Assembly (NCBI GenBank): GCA_942493095.1
Contig: OW818675.1
Location: forward strand, 2,640,001 to 2,672,000
Direction: 5' to 3'
Length of the DNA stretch: 32,000 nt
From: Candidatus Electronema halotolerans
Lineage (GTDB): Bacteria > Desulfobacterota > Desulfobulbia > Desulfobulbales > Desulfobulbaceae
The position numbers and the translations under genes are program-made. Positions 8,753-18,048 of the stretch are shown here, in pieces. Each line of letters begins with the position of its first letter. The stretch's first letter is position 1. The notes below the pieces were generated by a model. The model worked only from the letters and a program-made list of their open reading frames with translations. It did no database searches and was not told where the DNA came from.

Positions 8753-10714
8753 TCAAGCAAGAAATTCGATCCTGTTCTCGCCCGGCTTCATCTCCGGGCA
8801 GAGGAGTATCCTGATGGCGGCCTGATGCCTGCTTTCCAGCTCGTTGATTTCCATCCGTTTTTTGTTGAGCAGATACTGGCCCACATCCAAGGGCAGACTT
8901 GCCTCCACCCGCCTGACCCTCTTGCGGATGACTCCGGTCTGAATGCGGCGCAGATAATGCAGGGCCAAGGTCTCCACCGAGCGGAGCACACCGCGCCCGC
9001 CGCAGTATTCACAGGCATGGTAGCTGCCTTTTTCAATGGGCGCACCCATTTTCTGGCGGGAAATCTGCATCAGGCCGAAGCGGGAGATGCGGCTGATGTC
9101 AACCTTGGCCTTGTCCCGCTTCATCGCATTCCTGACCTGCTTTTCCACTTCCCTGATGTGCGCGCCGCTGCGCATGTCAATGAAATCGACGACAATCAGG
9201 CCGCCCAAGTCGCGCAGACGAAGCTGACGGGCCAGCTCGTCCGCCGCCTCCATATTGGCAAGGAAAATGGACTGGTCAAAGTCACCTTTCTGCGAGGTCC
9301 GGCCTGAGTTGACATCAATGGCCACCAAGGCTTCAGTGGGATCAATGACAATTGAACCGCCTGAAGGCAGCTGCACCTGCGGCTGATAGATGGATTCAAT
9401 CTGCTCTTCAATGTTGTGCTGATTGAAAATCGGCTTTGCCCCCCGGTGCAGCTTGACCTGCACCTTCTGCTGCGCTTCCGGCAGACCGGCGGCAAACCTG
9501 AGCACCTGATCATACGCTTCTTGGGTGTCAGCGACAATTTCCTGAATCTCCGGCGAAAAATGATCGCGGAGAAAACGCAATACTGTGTCTTGGTCCTCAT
9601 AGACCAAGGAGGGCGCAGACTGGCTCTGGCCGCGCCGTCGGATTTCCTCCCACAGATTGACGAGATGGGCGATATCTTCCTCCAAGGCGGTTTTGGTGAT
9701 TTCCGCGCTGGCCGTGCGGATGATGTAGCCGATTCCTTCCGGCAGGCTGAGATCAGTCATGATCTGGCGCAGCTCGCCCCGCCGTCCCTCGCCGGAAATT
9801 TTGCGGGAAACGCCTGAGCTGTCGCTGCCCGGCATCAGGACAACACAGCGGCCTGGCAGGGAAAGATACGTGGTGATGTTCGCGCCCTTGTTGCCGGTCA
9901 CTTCCTTGACCACTTGGACCAGCACTTCCTGGCCCTTGCTGACCACGTCCTCAATCTTCAGCTTGCGCCACTGCTGCTGGCGGATATAGGCGCGGTTCTC
10001 CTCGCTGATATCCTCCCGGTAGTATTCCGGGTGGATGTCGATGAAGGGCAGAAAGCCGTTGCGGCCTGTGCCGATCTCAACAAAGGCGGCTTGCAGGCTC
10101 GACTCAATCGAGACAATCCGGCCTTTGTAGATGTTGTTCTTGGTCCGCTCATGCTCCGCCGTGGTGACATGGAAGGCTTCCAGCCGCCCGTTCTCAACAA
10201 TGGCGATCCGGCACTCCTCCGCCTCTTCAGTGTTGATCAGCAGCTTGGCCGCAACCTTTTTGCCGCTCTGCTCCGCAGCTCTGCTTTCCGGCTTTGCAGT
10301 TGCAGTTGCAGTCTCAGGCTCGGCTGCCGCTTCAGACTTGACCTCAGCTTTCTTTTTCCTGCCGCCGCGCTTGCGGGGCCGCTTTTTCCTGACCGGCTGC
10401 TGTTCAGCATCCGCCTTGCTGTCTTCGGCAGCCGGAGCCGCCTCAGCAGCAGGTTCCGGCACAGCCTCAGCCTGCGGCGCGGATTGCGCCTCTGCCGCAG
10501 GAGCGACAGGTTCCTGTGTTGCAGCCGCAGCCTCCTCTTGCAGCTCCGCCTTCTTTTTTCTCGGTGTTCTTTTCCGAGGCGTTTTCTTTTCCGCCGGTTT
10601 CTCCTCCTCCGGCTCTTCCGGTTCCGCGCTTTTCCACCATGCCCCGGTGGTCACTTTGCGCACTTTTTTCCCCTGCTCTTCCGCAGCGGCTTTTTCCGCC
10701 TCATTGGTCATCAT
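8753..10714 (-). CDS. Ribonuclease E/G family protein with a long low-complexity N-terminal extension
   Basis: 653 aa. Catalytic core ...KLLINTEEAEECRIAIVENGRLEAFHVTTAEHERTKNNIYKGRIVSIESSLQAAFVEIGTGRNGFLPF...LVAIDVNSGR-type motif (EALVAIDVNSGRTSQKGDFDQSIFLANMEAADELARQLRLRDLGGLIVVDFIDM), Zn-link CEYCGG. Confidence 0.95.
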   Translation of the reverse strand: MMTNEAEKAAAEEQGKKVRKVTTGAWWKSAEPEEPEEEKPAEKKTPRKRTPRKKKAELQEEAAAATQEPVAPAAEAQSAPQAEAVPEPAAEAAPAAEDSKADAEQQPVRKKRPRKRGGRKKKAEVKSEAAAEPETATATAKPESRAAEQSGKKVAAKLLINTEEAEECRIAIVENGRLEAFHVTTAEHERTKNNIYKGRIVSIESSLQAAFVEIGTGRNGFLPFIDIHPEYYREDISEENRAYIRQQQWRKLKIEDVVSKGQEVLVQVVKEVTGNKGANITTYLSLPGRCVVLMPGSDSSGVSRKISGEGRRGELRQIMTDLSLPEGIGYIIRTASAEITKTALEEDIAHLVNLWEEIRRRGQSQSAPSLVYEDQDTVLRFLRDHFSPEIQEIVADTQEAYDQVLRFAAGLPEAQQKVQVKLHRGAKPIFNQHNIEEQIESIYQPQVQLPSGGSIVIDPTEALVAIDVNSGRTSQKGDFDQSIFLANMEAADELARQLRLRDLGGLIVVDFIDMRSGAHIREVEKQVRNAMKRDKAKVDISRISRFGLMQISRQKMGAPIEKGSYHACEYCGGRGVLRSVETLALHYLRRIQTGVIRKRVRRVEASLPLDVGQYLLNKKRMEINELESRHQAAIRILLCPEMKPGENRIEFLA

Positions 10715-10754
10715 GCAGCTTCCTGAATAAAAGTGATGTCATACAAGCAGCCGC

Positions 10755-11774
10755 TCATGCTGAATGCGCTGCATCGTCTGTTGCGGTCCGCGCTGTCTGA
10801 TAATAGAGTGTTCCGTTATGAACCCGTTTTTGCAGCAGACCGCTTTCAACCAGCGCAGCAAGCAGCTGCTCAACCTTGTCCGCGCCGCCCGCAGGGAAGA
10901 CGCGGTTGATGTCGGCGGCAGTGCAGGGCCGCCGTTTCAGCATTTCCACAATCTCGTCCTGCCGCGCCTGCTGATCCACAGGGCGGTCGGGAGCAACACG
11001 TTCCTGCCCGGCTGACAGGCTCTCCTGCTGCACCGGGCCGACAGCGAGCAGATCAACAGGCCGGTGCGGATCGCAGCGGAAAAATTCAGCGGCAATGGCC
11101 TGCATCCGCGCTTCCGGCACAGGCCGGGCAAAGCTCTCCAACGGCGGTCTGGCCACGGTGTTGAGCTGAATCCGATCCAAACGCATCCGTCCTGCCGCCC
11201 GGCACAGGGCCGCAACCTCCTCATCGCTGTCGTTGATGCCTGCGGCAAAAAGAATCTCCAGCCAGATTTGTCCCTCGAACTCCTGCGAAAACACCGTCAG
11301 GCCCTCAATGAGCCGGTCCAGATCAACACAGCGGGCCGGGCGGTCAATCTTTCTGAATCCGGCAGGCAGAGCTGAATCTAACGAAGGAATGACCACATCA
11401 GCCTGGGCCAGCTCCTGCCGCACCTGCGCTTCCCAGAGCAAGGTGCCGTTGGTCAGCACCGCAACCGGTTTGCCAGCCCGCTGTTTGAGATGGCTGATTA
11501 TTTGACCCAAGCCCGTGTGCAGCACCGGCTCGCCGCTGGCCGTGACCGTGACAAAATCCACAGCTGCGGCCCGTTCCTCTTGCGAGAAAAAGGCATCTAT
11601 TTCCGCAATGATCTCTGCTGTCGGAGCGTATTCAGCCCGTTCGCAGGTCAGCTTGACCGTCGCGCCAACCTCGCAGTAAATACAGTTCAGTGAGCAGATT
11701 TTTTCCCGGAACAGGTCAATGCCGAGAGACCGTCCAAGCCGCCGGGAATTGACCGGGCCAAAGATGTAGTTCAT
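10755..11774 (-). CDS. Radical SAM protein (COG0731-like)
   Basis: 339 aa, MNYIFGPVNSRRLGRSLGIDLFREKICSLNCIYCEVGATVKLT...; CxxxCxxC variant C-SLNCIYC; VTASGEPVLHTGLG. Confidence 0.88.
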   Translation of the reverse strand: MNYIFGPVNSRRLGRSLGIDLFREKICSLNCIYCEVGATVKLTCERAEYAPTAEIIAEIDAFFSQEERAAAVDFVTVTASGEPVLHTGLGQIISHLKQRAGKPVAVLTNGTLLWEAQVRQELAQADVVIPSLDSALPAGFRKIDRPARCVDLDRLIEGLTVFSQEFEGQIWLEILFAAGINDSDEEVAALCRAAGRMRLDRIQLNTVARPPLESFARPVPEARMQAIAAEFFRCDPHRPVDLLAVGPVQQESLSAGQERVAPDRPVDQQARQDEIVEMLKRRPCTAADINRVFPAGGADKVEQLLAALVESGLLQKRVHNGTLYYQTARTATDDAAHSA

Positions 11775-11867
11775 TATGAAGACTGGGAAGATGCGGCAGC
11801 CGCTGCCGCCGGAGAAATCTTATGAAAACGCATCACAGTTGCACACAAAAATCTGTGTATAAAAGAA

Positions 11868-11898
11868 AACCGCGCATTGCGCAAGGGCAAACTGCGCG
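11868..11898 (-). terminator. Rho-independent terminator on minus strand downstream of the nucleotide-sugar dehydrogenase gene
   Basis: Minus strand CCGCGCA-GTTTGCCCTTGCGCAA-TGCGCGG followed by TTTTCTTTT. Confidence 0.65.
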
Positions 11899-11903
11899 GC
11901 TGC

Positions 11904-11926
11904 GGTGATGCGAATCACCTCTTTTT
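11904..11926 (+). terminator. Rho-independent terminator-like hairpin on plus strand
   Basis: GGTGAT-GCGA-ATCACC followed by TCTTTTT. Confidence 0.55.
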
Positions 11927-12086
11927 ATGCAAAAAGTGAATAGTTGAACAGACTCTTGGCAATGTCAGCGAGAAAGCGGACACAGGGCTGCGCTGCCCGG
12001 TCGCTGAGGCTGAAGCGGTGATTTCTGTCGAAGCGCCGCAGCGTCACGAGAATCAGATTTCCGGCAGCGTGTTGGAGCGTAAGCGG

Positions 12087-13364
12087 TCACAGACTCCCGT
12101 CCGCCACGCCTTTTGCCAGCAGATGTTTGACATCGTAGATCACTGCCTGCGGGCGGCAGATGCGGCCCAGCTCGGCAGTTCCCCAGCCGGAGAACTGCTG
12201 ATGGGCCACAGCCAGCACCACGGCATCATAGCGGTTTTCCGGCAATGCCTCAATCATGGTCACACCGTAGAGCCGCCGCGCCTCCTCCGAATCTGCCCAA
12301 GGATCATGCACCTCGACATGCGCTCCATAAGAAGCTAATTCAGCAATAATATCTGTGACTCGCGTGTTGCGCAAATCCGGGCAGTTCTCCTTAAAGGTCA
12401 GGCCGAGCACGAGAATGCGCGAGTCTGCAACGAGAATGCGCTTCCACAGCATCAGCTTGACCACTTGGGAAGCAATGTAACGACCCATGTCATCATTGAG
12501 CCGCCGCCCAGCTAAGATCATTTCCGGGTGATAGCCGACCTGCTGGGCCTTGTGGGTCAGGTAATAGGGATCAACACCGATGCAGTGGCCGCCGACCAGA
12601 CCGGGCCGGAAGGGGAGGAAATTCCACTTGGTGCCTGCCGCCTTGAGCACTTCCAGCGTGTCAATGCCGAGCCGGTTGAAGATCAAGGCCAGCTCGTTGA
12701 CCAAGGCGATGTTGACATCGCGCTGCGTGTTTTCAATCACTTTGGCCGCCTCAGCCACCTTGATGCTGCTGGCCTTGAAGGTGCCTGCGGTGATGATCAG
12801 GCTGTAGAGCTGATCAACAAAATCAGCAATCTCCGGCGTTGAGCCGGATGTCACCTTGACAATGCTCGGCAGGCGGTGCTCATGGTCGCCGGGATTGATC
12901 CGCTCCGGGCTGTAACCGGCAAAAAAGTCTTGGTTGAAGCGCAGGCCGGAACCTTTCTCTAAGATCGGAACGCAGACTTCCTCGGTCGCGCCGGGATAGA
13001 CCGTGGATTCATAGATGACCACATCGCCCGGCTTGAGCACCCGCGCAACTGTATGCGAGGCTCCTTCTAGAGGACGCATGTCAGGCCGTTTGCTGTCGTC
13101 AACCGGGGTGGGCACGGCCACAATAAAGACATTGCAGTCCCGAAGGTCTTCAACAATCGAAGTGAAGCGCAGGCTGCTCGCTGCGGCCAGCTCATCCCGG
13201 CTGACTTCTCGCGTGCTGTCAATGTCTTGGCGCAACTCGGCAATGCGCTGTTCCTTGAGGTCAAAACCAAGGCAGGACAGCTTGTTGCTGAATTCCACGG
13301 CCAAGGGCAGGCCGACATAGCCAAGACCAATAATGGCCAGTTTGGTTGAGGACAGATCAGGCAT
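12087..13364 (-). CDS. Nucleotide-sugar dehydrogenase, TviB/WbpO-type (UDP-N-acetyl-hexosamine 6-dehydrogenase)
   Basis: 425 aa, [55 protein letters not shown]...; GxGYVGLP motif; [23 protein letters not shown] catalytic Cys region. Confidence 0.93.
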   Translation of the reverse strand: MPDLSSTKLAIIGLGYVGLPLAVEFSNKLSCLGFDLKEQRIAELRQDIDSTREVSRDELAAASSLRFTSIVEDLRDCNVFIVAVPTPVDDSKRPDMRPLEGASHTVARVLKPGDVVIYESTVYPGATEEVCVPILEKGSGLRFNQDFFAGYSPERINPGDHEHRLPSIVKVTSGSTPEIADFVDQLYSLIITAGTFKASSIKVAEAAKVIENTQRDVNIALVNELALIFNRLGIDTLEVLKAAGTKWNFLPFRPGLVGGHCIGVDPYYLTHKAQQVGYHPEMILAGRRLNDDMGRYIASQVVKLMLWKRILVADSRILVLGLTFKENCPDLRNTRVTDIIAELASYGAHVEVHDPWADSEEARRLYGVTMIEALPENRYDAVVLAVAHQQFSGWGTAELGRICRPQAVIYDVKHLLAKGVADGSL

Positions 13365-13391
13365 CGTGTTTTCTCTGTGAAATCGTTGTGA

Positions 13392-14060
13392 TCAAACGCC
13401 CCGGCTTATGCTGGGCCAGATTTGCTTGTGAAGCTGCAATTGCAGCCGCACGGGCAGTTGCTCCTGCAAGATCAAGGCAGCCAATTGCTCTGGAGCCAGC
13501 CGCTCAATAACCGGCGAGAACAGCACTGGCAGCAAGTCAGTCAGCTCATGCTGGCGGACGACCTGCGCCGCCCATGCCGCATCTTCTAACGAGCTGAGGA
13601 CAAATTTGATTTCATCTTGGCTGCCTGCGGCCCGCCGTTGTTGCAGCAAGGCAAGATTATCCCAGTCATTTTTTGCCGCCATGCCGGAATCCGGGCATTT
13701 GATGTCCAAAATCACCCCGACTGTAGGCGGAACCTTGGCAATGCTCAGGCTGCCGCCCGTTTCCAAAAGCAGCACACGGCCTTGGGCCAGCAGCGCGTCC
13801 ATGAGCGGATAAACCGCTTTTTGCAGCAAGGGTTCGCCGCCAGTGATTTCAGTCAGCAGGCCGGGATATTGCTCCAGCCATGCGCAAATCTCGGCTGCTG
13901 ACATCAGCCTGCCTTGCTCCTCCCACGTATAGCGGGAATCGCAATACGAGCAGCGCAGATTGCAGCCGCTGAGACGGACAAAAGCGCAGGGCAGTCCAGC
14001 GCGGGTGGATTCGCCCTGAATGGAGCAAAACAGCTCGGAAACCCGCAGCCGGTCGGTCAT
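13392..14060 (-). CDS. queE: 7-carboxy-7-deazaguanine synthase
   Basis: 222 aa, LRVSELFCSIQGESTRAGLPCAFVRLSGCNLRCSYCDSRYTWEEQG...ITGGEPLLQ; overlaps queD. Confidence 0.92.
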   Translation of the reverse strand: MTDRLRVSELFCSIQGESTRAGLPCAFVRLSGCNLRCSYCDSRYTWEEQGRLMSAAEICAWLEQYPGLLTEITGGEPLLQKAVYPLMDALLAQGRVLLLETGGSLSIAKVPPTVGVILDIKCPDSGMAAKNDWDNLALLQQRRAAGSQDEIKFVLSSLEDAAWAAQVVRQHELTDLLPVLFSPVIERLAPEQLAALILQEQLPVRLQLQLHKQIWPSISRGV

Positions 14061-14428
14061 TTGCCGTAATAAATCACGCCGCTGCTGTCGGTTTCCCGCA
14101 CTTGCACCGAGTAGAGCTGCGAGCGTCCGTCGGTCAGCGGTTCCTTGAGCTGCTCAAAGAGGAAACGGGCAATGTGCTCTGAAGACGGGTTGCAATGCTG
14201 AAAGGCCGGATGCTCGTTCAGATCGCAGTGATCCAGTTCATCCACGACCGCATTCACTTTTTGTTTCAGCACCTTGAAATCAATGCCCATGCCTAGCTCA
14301 TCCAATTCGCTGACCCGGACTGCCACCTTGACCTTCCAATTATGGCCGTGCGGCTTTTCACAGTTGCCCGGATACTGCCGCAGATGATGGCCGCCGGAAA
14401 AATGGGTTTTAATGAAAATATCAAACAT
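14057..14428 (-). CDS. queD: 6-carboxy-5,6,7,8-tetrahydropterin synthase
   Basis: 123 aa, MFDIFIKTHFSGGHHLRQYPGNCEKPHGHNWKVKV...MGIDFKVLK...LDHCDLNE. Confidence 0.94.
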   Translation of the reverse strand: MFDIFIKTHFSGGHHLRQYPGNCEKPHGHNWKVKVAVRVSELDELGMGIDFKVLKQKVNAVVDELDHCDLNEHPAFQHCNPSSEHIARFLFEQLKEPLTDGRSQLYSVQVRETDSSGVIYYGK

Positions 14429-14433
14429 GCTCT

Positions 14434-16401
14434 TCAGTGGTCAGAGGTTGCTTCAGGTTTGCTGCGGATGATGCGGATCAGCTCCTTGCCGAACTGCTCC
14501 GCTGTCCTGATGGAGCCATCAATGGAGAGATGACCGCCGTCAGAATACCAGATTTTGTCGCTCTTGCTGTCAAGCGCGGCGCAGGTTTCCTGATCGCAGA
14601 AAATATCAAAGGGATCGAGAAACCAGACATTCGGCTCTGCTGCCGCAAACTGCCGCAGCCGCTGGTTGACTGCCAGACCGATGCCCTGCTCTCTGGGAAA
14701 GACCATTGCCTCCAAACAGTTGTTGGGCAGATAACTGGGCCGGTTCAGACAGGAGATAATGCCGTTCCGATTGCCGCTGCCCGGCGGATTGCCGATAATG
14801 ATGAGCTGCCGGTCAGGGCCGATCTTGGCCCGAATTTTGCGCAGATTGCTGATGAGAAATTTCTCATACTTGTTGTGATTGGCGAATTTGATCTGCTGGC
14901 CTTGCAGATCACAGATGCCGTCAATATACCATTCCCAAGCCAGCGAGAAAATGACCGGTTTGCGGTTGCCTTCAGCCAATTTGAAGAAGCGTCGGCTCTG
15001 CGCGGTGCAGACCGTATCCGGCTGGCCTTTGTAGAGAAAGGTGATGTCCGGGCCAATGATGCAGGCATAATCCGCAGCGGTTTTTGCGCTCAGGCCGTGC
15101 TGCTGAAAGAGCTGATCCAGCCCGGCGGCATATTGCAAAACAAAGCTGTCACCGGTGACGATCACGTCGTAATCCGCCTTTTTCGCCCCAAATGTGCCAG
15201 TGAAAGAATAGCCCTTGCCGCCGTATTGGTCAATATGGAACTGGCTGGCGTTCTGCATTTGCGCGAAAGTGCTGCTGATTCGACTGGGAAAACCGTCCTG
15301 CCGCAGCACCTCGGTTCCGGCGGCCAGCAGCAGCACTGCGCCAAGTCCGCAGAGGACGAGAAAGGTGCGCTGGCTGAAGACGCGGCCTTTGCGGAAAGGC
15401 TGCTCAATGAATTTCCAAGACAGTCCGGCGAGCAGGAAACAGAGCAGCAGCAGGCTTGCGCGTTCAATCCAAGTCGGCTCAATGTATTTCCAATATTTGT
15501 AAAAAATCAGCAGCGGCCAGTGGATGAGATAGAGCGAATAGGAAATCAGGCCGATGGCCACCGCAACTGGATTGCGCAGCAGCCAGCCAAGGAACTTCGC
15601 TTGGCCGCTGTAGATGATCAGGGCGGCACCGGCGCAGGGAATCAGGGCATGGAGACCGGGAAAGGCGGTCTGTTTGCTGAAGGCGAAAATTCCCCAGCTG
15701 ATGCCGAGCAAACCGAGCGCGAGCAGCGGCTCGGCCAGCCATTTTTTCGTTGCAGGCAGAGGCGGCAGCCAGACCAGCACGGCTCCGCAGGCAAATTCGG
15801 CCAGCCGGAACGGGGTGAGGAAAAAAACTCCTGTGGGATCGCTGTGCAGCCAGTGCTCTGCTCCATATAACGAGGCGATGCTGATCAGGATAAGAAAACA
15901 CACAGGCCACATTTTCCTGCCCAGCTTGGAGAGCAGCAGAAGCAGGGCTGGCCAGACAAAGTAAAATTGCTCCTCCACTGCCAAAGACCAGGTGTGCAGC
16001 AGGGGCTTGAACTCAGCAGCAGTGTCAAAATAGCCCGCCTCTTTCCAGAAGAGGATATTGGACACGGAGAGCACGCTGCACAGGAGAGATTTGCCGAACT
16101 GGGCATAATGCTCCGGGGTGAAGAGGAGATGACTGCCCAGCAGGCTGAGAAGCAGAGTGGTGTAGAGGGCTGGGAACAGACGTTTGATCCGCCGGACATA
16201 GAAGCGGGCAAAGGAAAAGCTGCCCCTGCCAATGTCGGCCATGATGTTCTGGGTGATGAGAAAGCCGGAGATGACAAAAAAAATATCCACGCCAGTGAAG
16301 CCGCCGGTGAACAGCGGCACATCAAAGTGATAAAGCAGGACAGCCAGAACTGCCGCCGCCCGCAGGCCGTCTATGTCAGGCCGGTACTGCCGCTGAATCA
16401 T
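14434..16401 (-). CDS. Membrane acyltransferase (OafA/YrhL type) with C-terminal SGNH domain
   Basis: Start at 16401: MIQRQYRPDIDGLRAAAVLAVLLYHFDVPLFTGGFTGVDIFFVISGFLIT...; multi-TM acyltransferase 3 core, then VIVTGDSFVLQYAAG and DGGHLSIDG (SGNH Ser and Asp/His blocks). Confidence 0.93.
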   Translation of the reverse strand: MIQRQYRPDIDGLRAAAVLAVLLYHFDVPLFTGGFTGVDIFFVISGFLITQNIMADIGRGSFSFARFYVRRIKRLFPALYTTLLLSLLGSHLLFTPEHYAQFGKSLLCSVLSVSNILFWKEAGYFDTAAEFKPLLHTWSLAVEEQFYFVWPALLLLLSKLGRKMWPVCFLILISIASLYGAEHWLHSDPTGVFFLTPFRLAEFACGAVLVWLPPLPATKKWLAEPLLALGLLGISWGIFAFSKQTAFPGLHALIPCAGAALIIYSGQAKFLGWLLRNPVAVAIGLISYSLYLIHWPLLIFYKYWKYIEPTWIERASLLLLCFLLAGLSWKFIEQPFRKGRVFSQRTFLVLCGLGAVLLLAAGTEVLRQDGFPSRISSTFAQMQNASQFHIDQYGGKGYSFTGTFGAKKADYDVIVTGDSFVLQYAAGLDQLFQQHGLSAKTAADYACIIGPDITFLYKGQPDTVCTAQSRRFFKLAEGNRKPVIFSLAWEWYIDGICDLQGQQIKFANHNKYEKFLISNLRKIRAKIGPDRQLIIIGNPPGSGNRNGIISCLNRPSYLPNNCLEAMVFPREQGIGLAVNQRLRQFAAAEPNVWFLDPFDIFCDQETCAALDSKSDKIWYSDGGHLSIDGSIRTAEQFGKELIRIIRSKPEATSDH

Positions 16402-16593
16402 GCTGCGATACGAGTTGAGATTGTCCCGGAAGCGGGCCGCCTCCGGCAGGAACAAAGCATCTGAGTGACTTTCTTTACGCAATTTGCTGGCGTTTGTCCA
16501 GTCCCGCCGTGCTCCAAAAGACAAAACTTGTTGTTTTTTTCCGCAGCAGTCAGTACGATGAGCCAATCACACCTCGAAACAAGAGCACAAGTC

Positions 16594-17391
16594 ATGCGTC
16601 ATTTTGTTTTTATACTGATCATTTTTTTTTGCGCCAGCCTGTCTGCAAGTCATGCTGCTTGCGGCAAGGGCACGATGTACGCGGTCTGGGCCTCTCCGCA
16701 GGCTGAGGGGACAACTGTTCTGCATTACGCGGCAAAGAGCAAGGGGAAATGGGCCGCGCCTGCCCAGCTCGCTGTGGGGCAGGGCTTTCATGTCACGCCG
16801 GTCATTGCCGCAGACCGCAAGGGCGCAGTCTGGATTGCTTGGACCGAGGCGGGAGAAGAAGAGGAAAATATCCTCAGATACGCTGTGGTGCGGCAGGGCA
16901 AAACTGAGACCGGACGGGTCAGGCCGGACGTAAAGGCGGAGCAGAGCTATGCCCCGACCATCCTGATTGATCAGCAGGACAGGCCTTGGCTGGCCTGGTC
17001 CGGCGTGGAAAAAGGACGGCTGGCAGATATTTATGTCAGCAGCTGGCAGGGCAAGGGCTGGACCAGTCCTGTTGCCGTCAATCAGGCAAACAGCACCCCG
17101 GACATCACGCCGCTGCTTGGTCTGCGGGACGGAAAGCAGCTCTGGGCATCTTGGTTCGGCATGAGTCCGCAGAAAATATATGTCCGCTTCCTTGCTCAAT
17201 TGCACGATGGCAAATGGCAGATCGACAAAGAGACCGGCTCAATTGAGGACACTGAGGCATTTCTTGCCCAGCGGACCCATCTTGGGCTATTCCCTGAGCA
17301 GGCCGGAACATGGCTGACCGGGGCCTTGTTTGCTGGTTTGGATTGTGAAATTCAGTCAATCAGCGAGCGGTTCGCATCGTTTCACAACTAA
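16594..17391 (+). CDS. Secreted hypothetical protein, probable beta-propeller (sialidase/BNR-like)
   Basis: Signal peptide MRHFVFILIIFFCASLSASHAACGKG; repeated strand pattern HYAAKSKGKWAAPAQLAV / VWIAWTEAG...LRYAVV / PWLAWSG...IYVSSWQGKGWTSPVAV / LWASWFG. Start could alternatively be 16558. Confidence 0.6.
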   Translation: MRHFVFILIIFFCASLSASHAACGKGTMYAVWASPQAEGTTVLHYAAKSKGKWAAPAQLAVGQGFHVTPVIAADRKGAVWIAWTEAGEEEENILRYAVVRQGKTETGRVRPDVKAEQSYAPTILIDQQDRPWLAWSGVEKGRLADIYVSSWQGKGWTSPVAVNQANSTPDITPLLGLRDGKQLWASWFGMSPQKIYVRFLAQLHDGKWQIDKETGSIEDTEAFLAQRTHLGLFPEQAGTWLTGALFAGLDCEIQSISERFASFHN

Positions 17392-17397
17392 CGGAGA

Positions 17398-18045
17398 ATG
17401 ATCATGAAATGGCGGAAAACAGCAGCAATGACCGTTGGCCTGCTCATGCTGGCCAGCGGCAATGTTTGGGCAGGGGGTACGATTGTCGCTTTTGGTGACA
17501 GCATCACCGCAGGCTATCCGTATCTGAAAGTCGGCAATGGCTGCACCAACTGTGGCGGCTATGAGCCGTTCCTTCAGTATTATCTGAACTGGGAGGGCAA
17601 GGGAAAAACTGTCTATAACTACGGTGTGAGCGGAGAATATCTGACCTTCAGCGGCATCAACCGCATTGACAGCGTCATGGCGGCGGCATGGCCTGATCAT
17701 GTGCTGTTTATGGAGGGCACCAATGATCTTGGCCTGTATGTTGATCCGGCCACAGTGGCCTACAACGTCTATCAAGCGGCTGCGAAAGTGGTGCAGTACG
17801 GCGGCAAGCCGATAGTCGGCCTGCTCACCCCGGACACCAAGCATTCATACAAAAAAATAAGCACAACCAACAGCTACATCAAAAGTTATATCGACAGCAG
17901 TCCGCAGATATGCCTGATTGATCAATACAGCGCGCTGGCACCGTACTGGAACAACGGCTACAACAGCGACGGGCTGCATCCCAACTACTACGGCTACTGG
18001 CTTATGAGCCTGTACTGGTATTATGCGCTGTCCATCTGCGGCTGA
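17398..18045 (+). CDS. Secreted SGNH/GDSL hydrolase
   Basis: 215 aa, signal peptide then TIVAFGDSITAGYPYL, GVSGEYL, MEGTNDLGLY and DGLHPNYYGYW (blocks I, II, III and V). Confidence 0.88.
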   Translation: MIMKWRKTAAMTVGLLMLASGNVWAGGTIVAFGDSITAGYPYLKVGNGCTNCGGYEPFLQYYLNWEGKGKTVYNYGVSGEYLTFSGINRIDSVMAAAWPDHVLFMEGTNDLGLYVDPATVAYNVYQAAAKVVQYGGKPIVGLLTPDTKHSYKKISTTNSYIKSYIDSSPQICLIDQYSALAPYWNNGYNSDGLHPNYYGYWLMSLYWYYALSICG

Positions 18046-18048
18046 AGC

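Noticed and set aside
9914-10730. 270-aa and 199-aa plus-strand ORFs rich in Leu/Ser/Arg
   Set aside because: Antisense to the low-complexity Ala/Glu/Lys N-terminus of RNase E/G.
14437-15870. 477-aa plus-strand ORF
   Set aside because: Antisense shadow of the SGNH acyltransferase gene. Composition-driven open frame with no family signature.
16465-16593. N-terminal extension of the 308-aa ORF
   Set aside because: Reads through the divergent intergenic region. A clear signal peptide begins at MRHFVFILIIFF (16594), so the extension is probably not translated.
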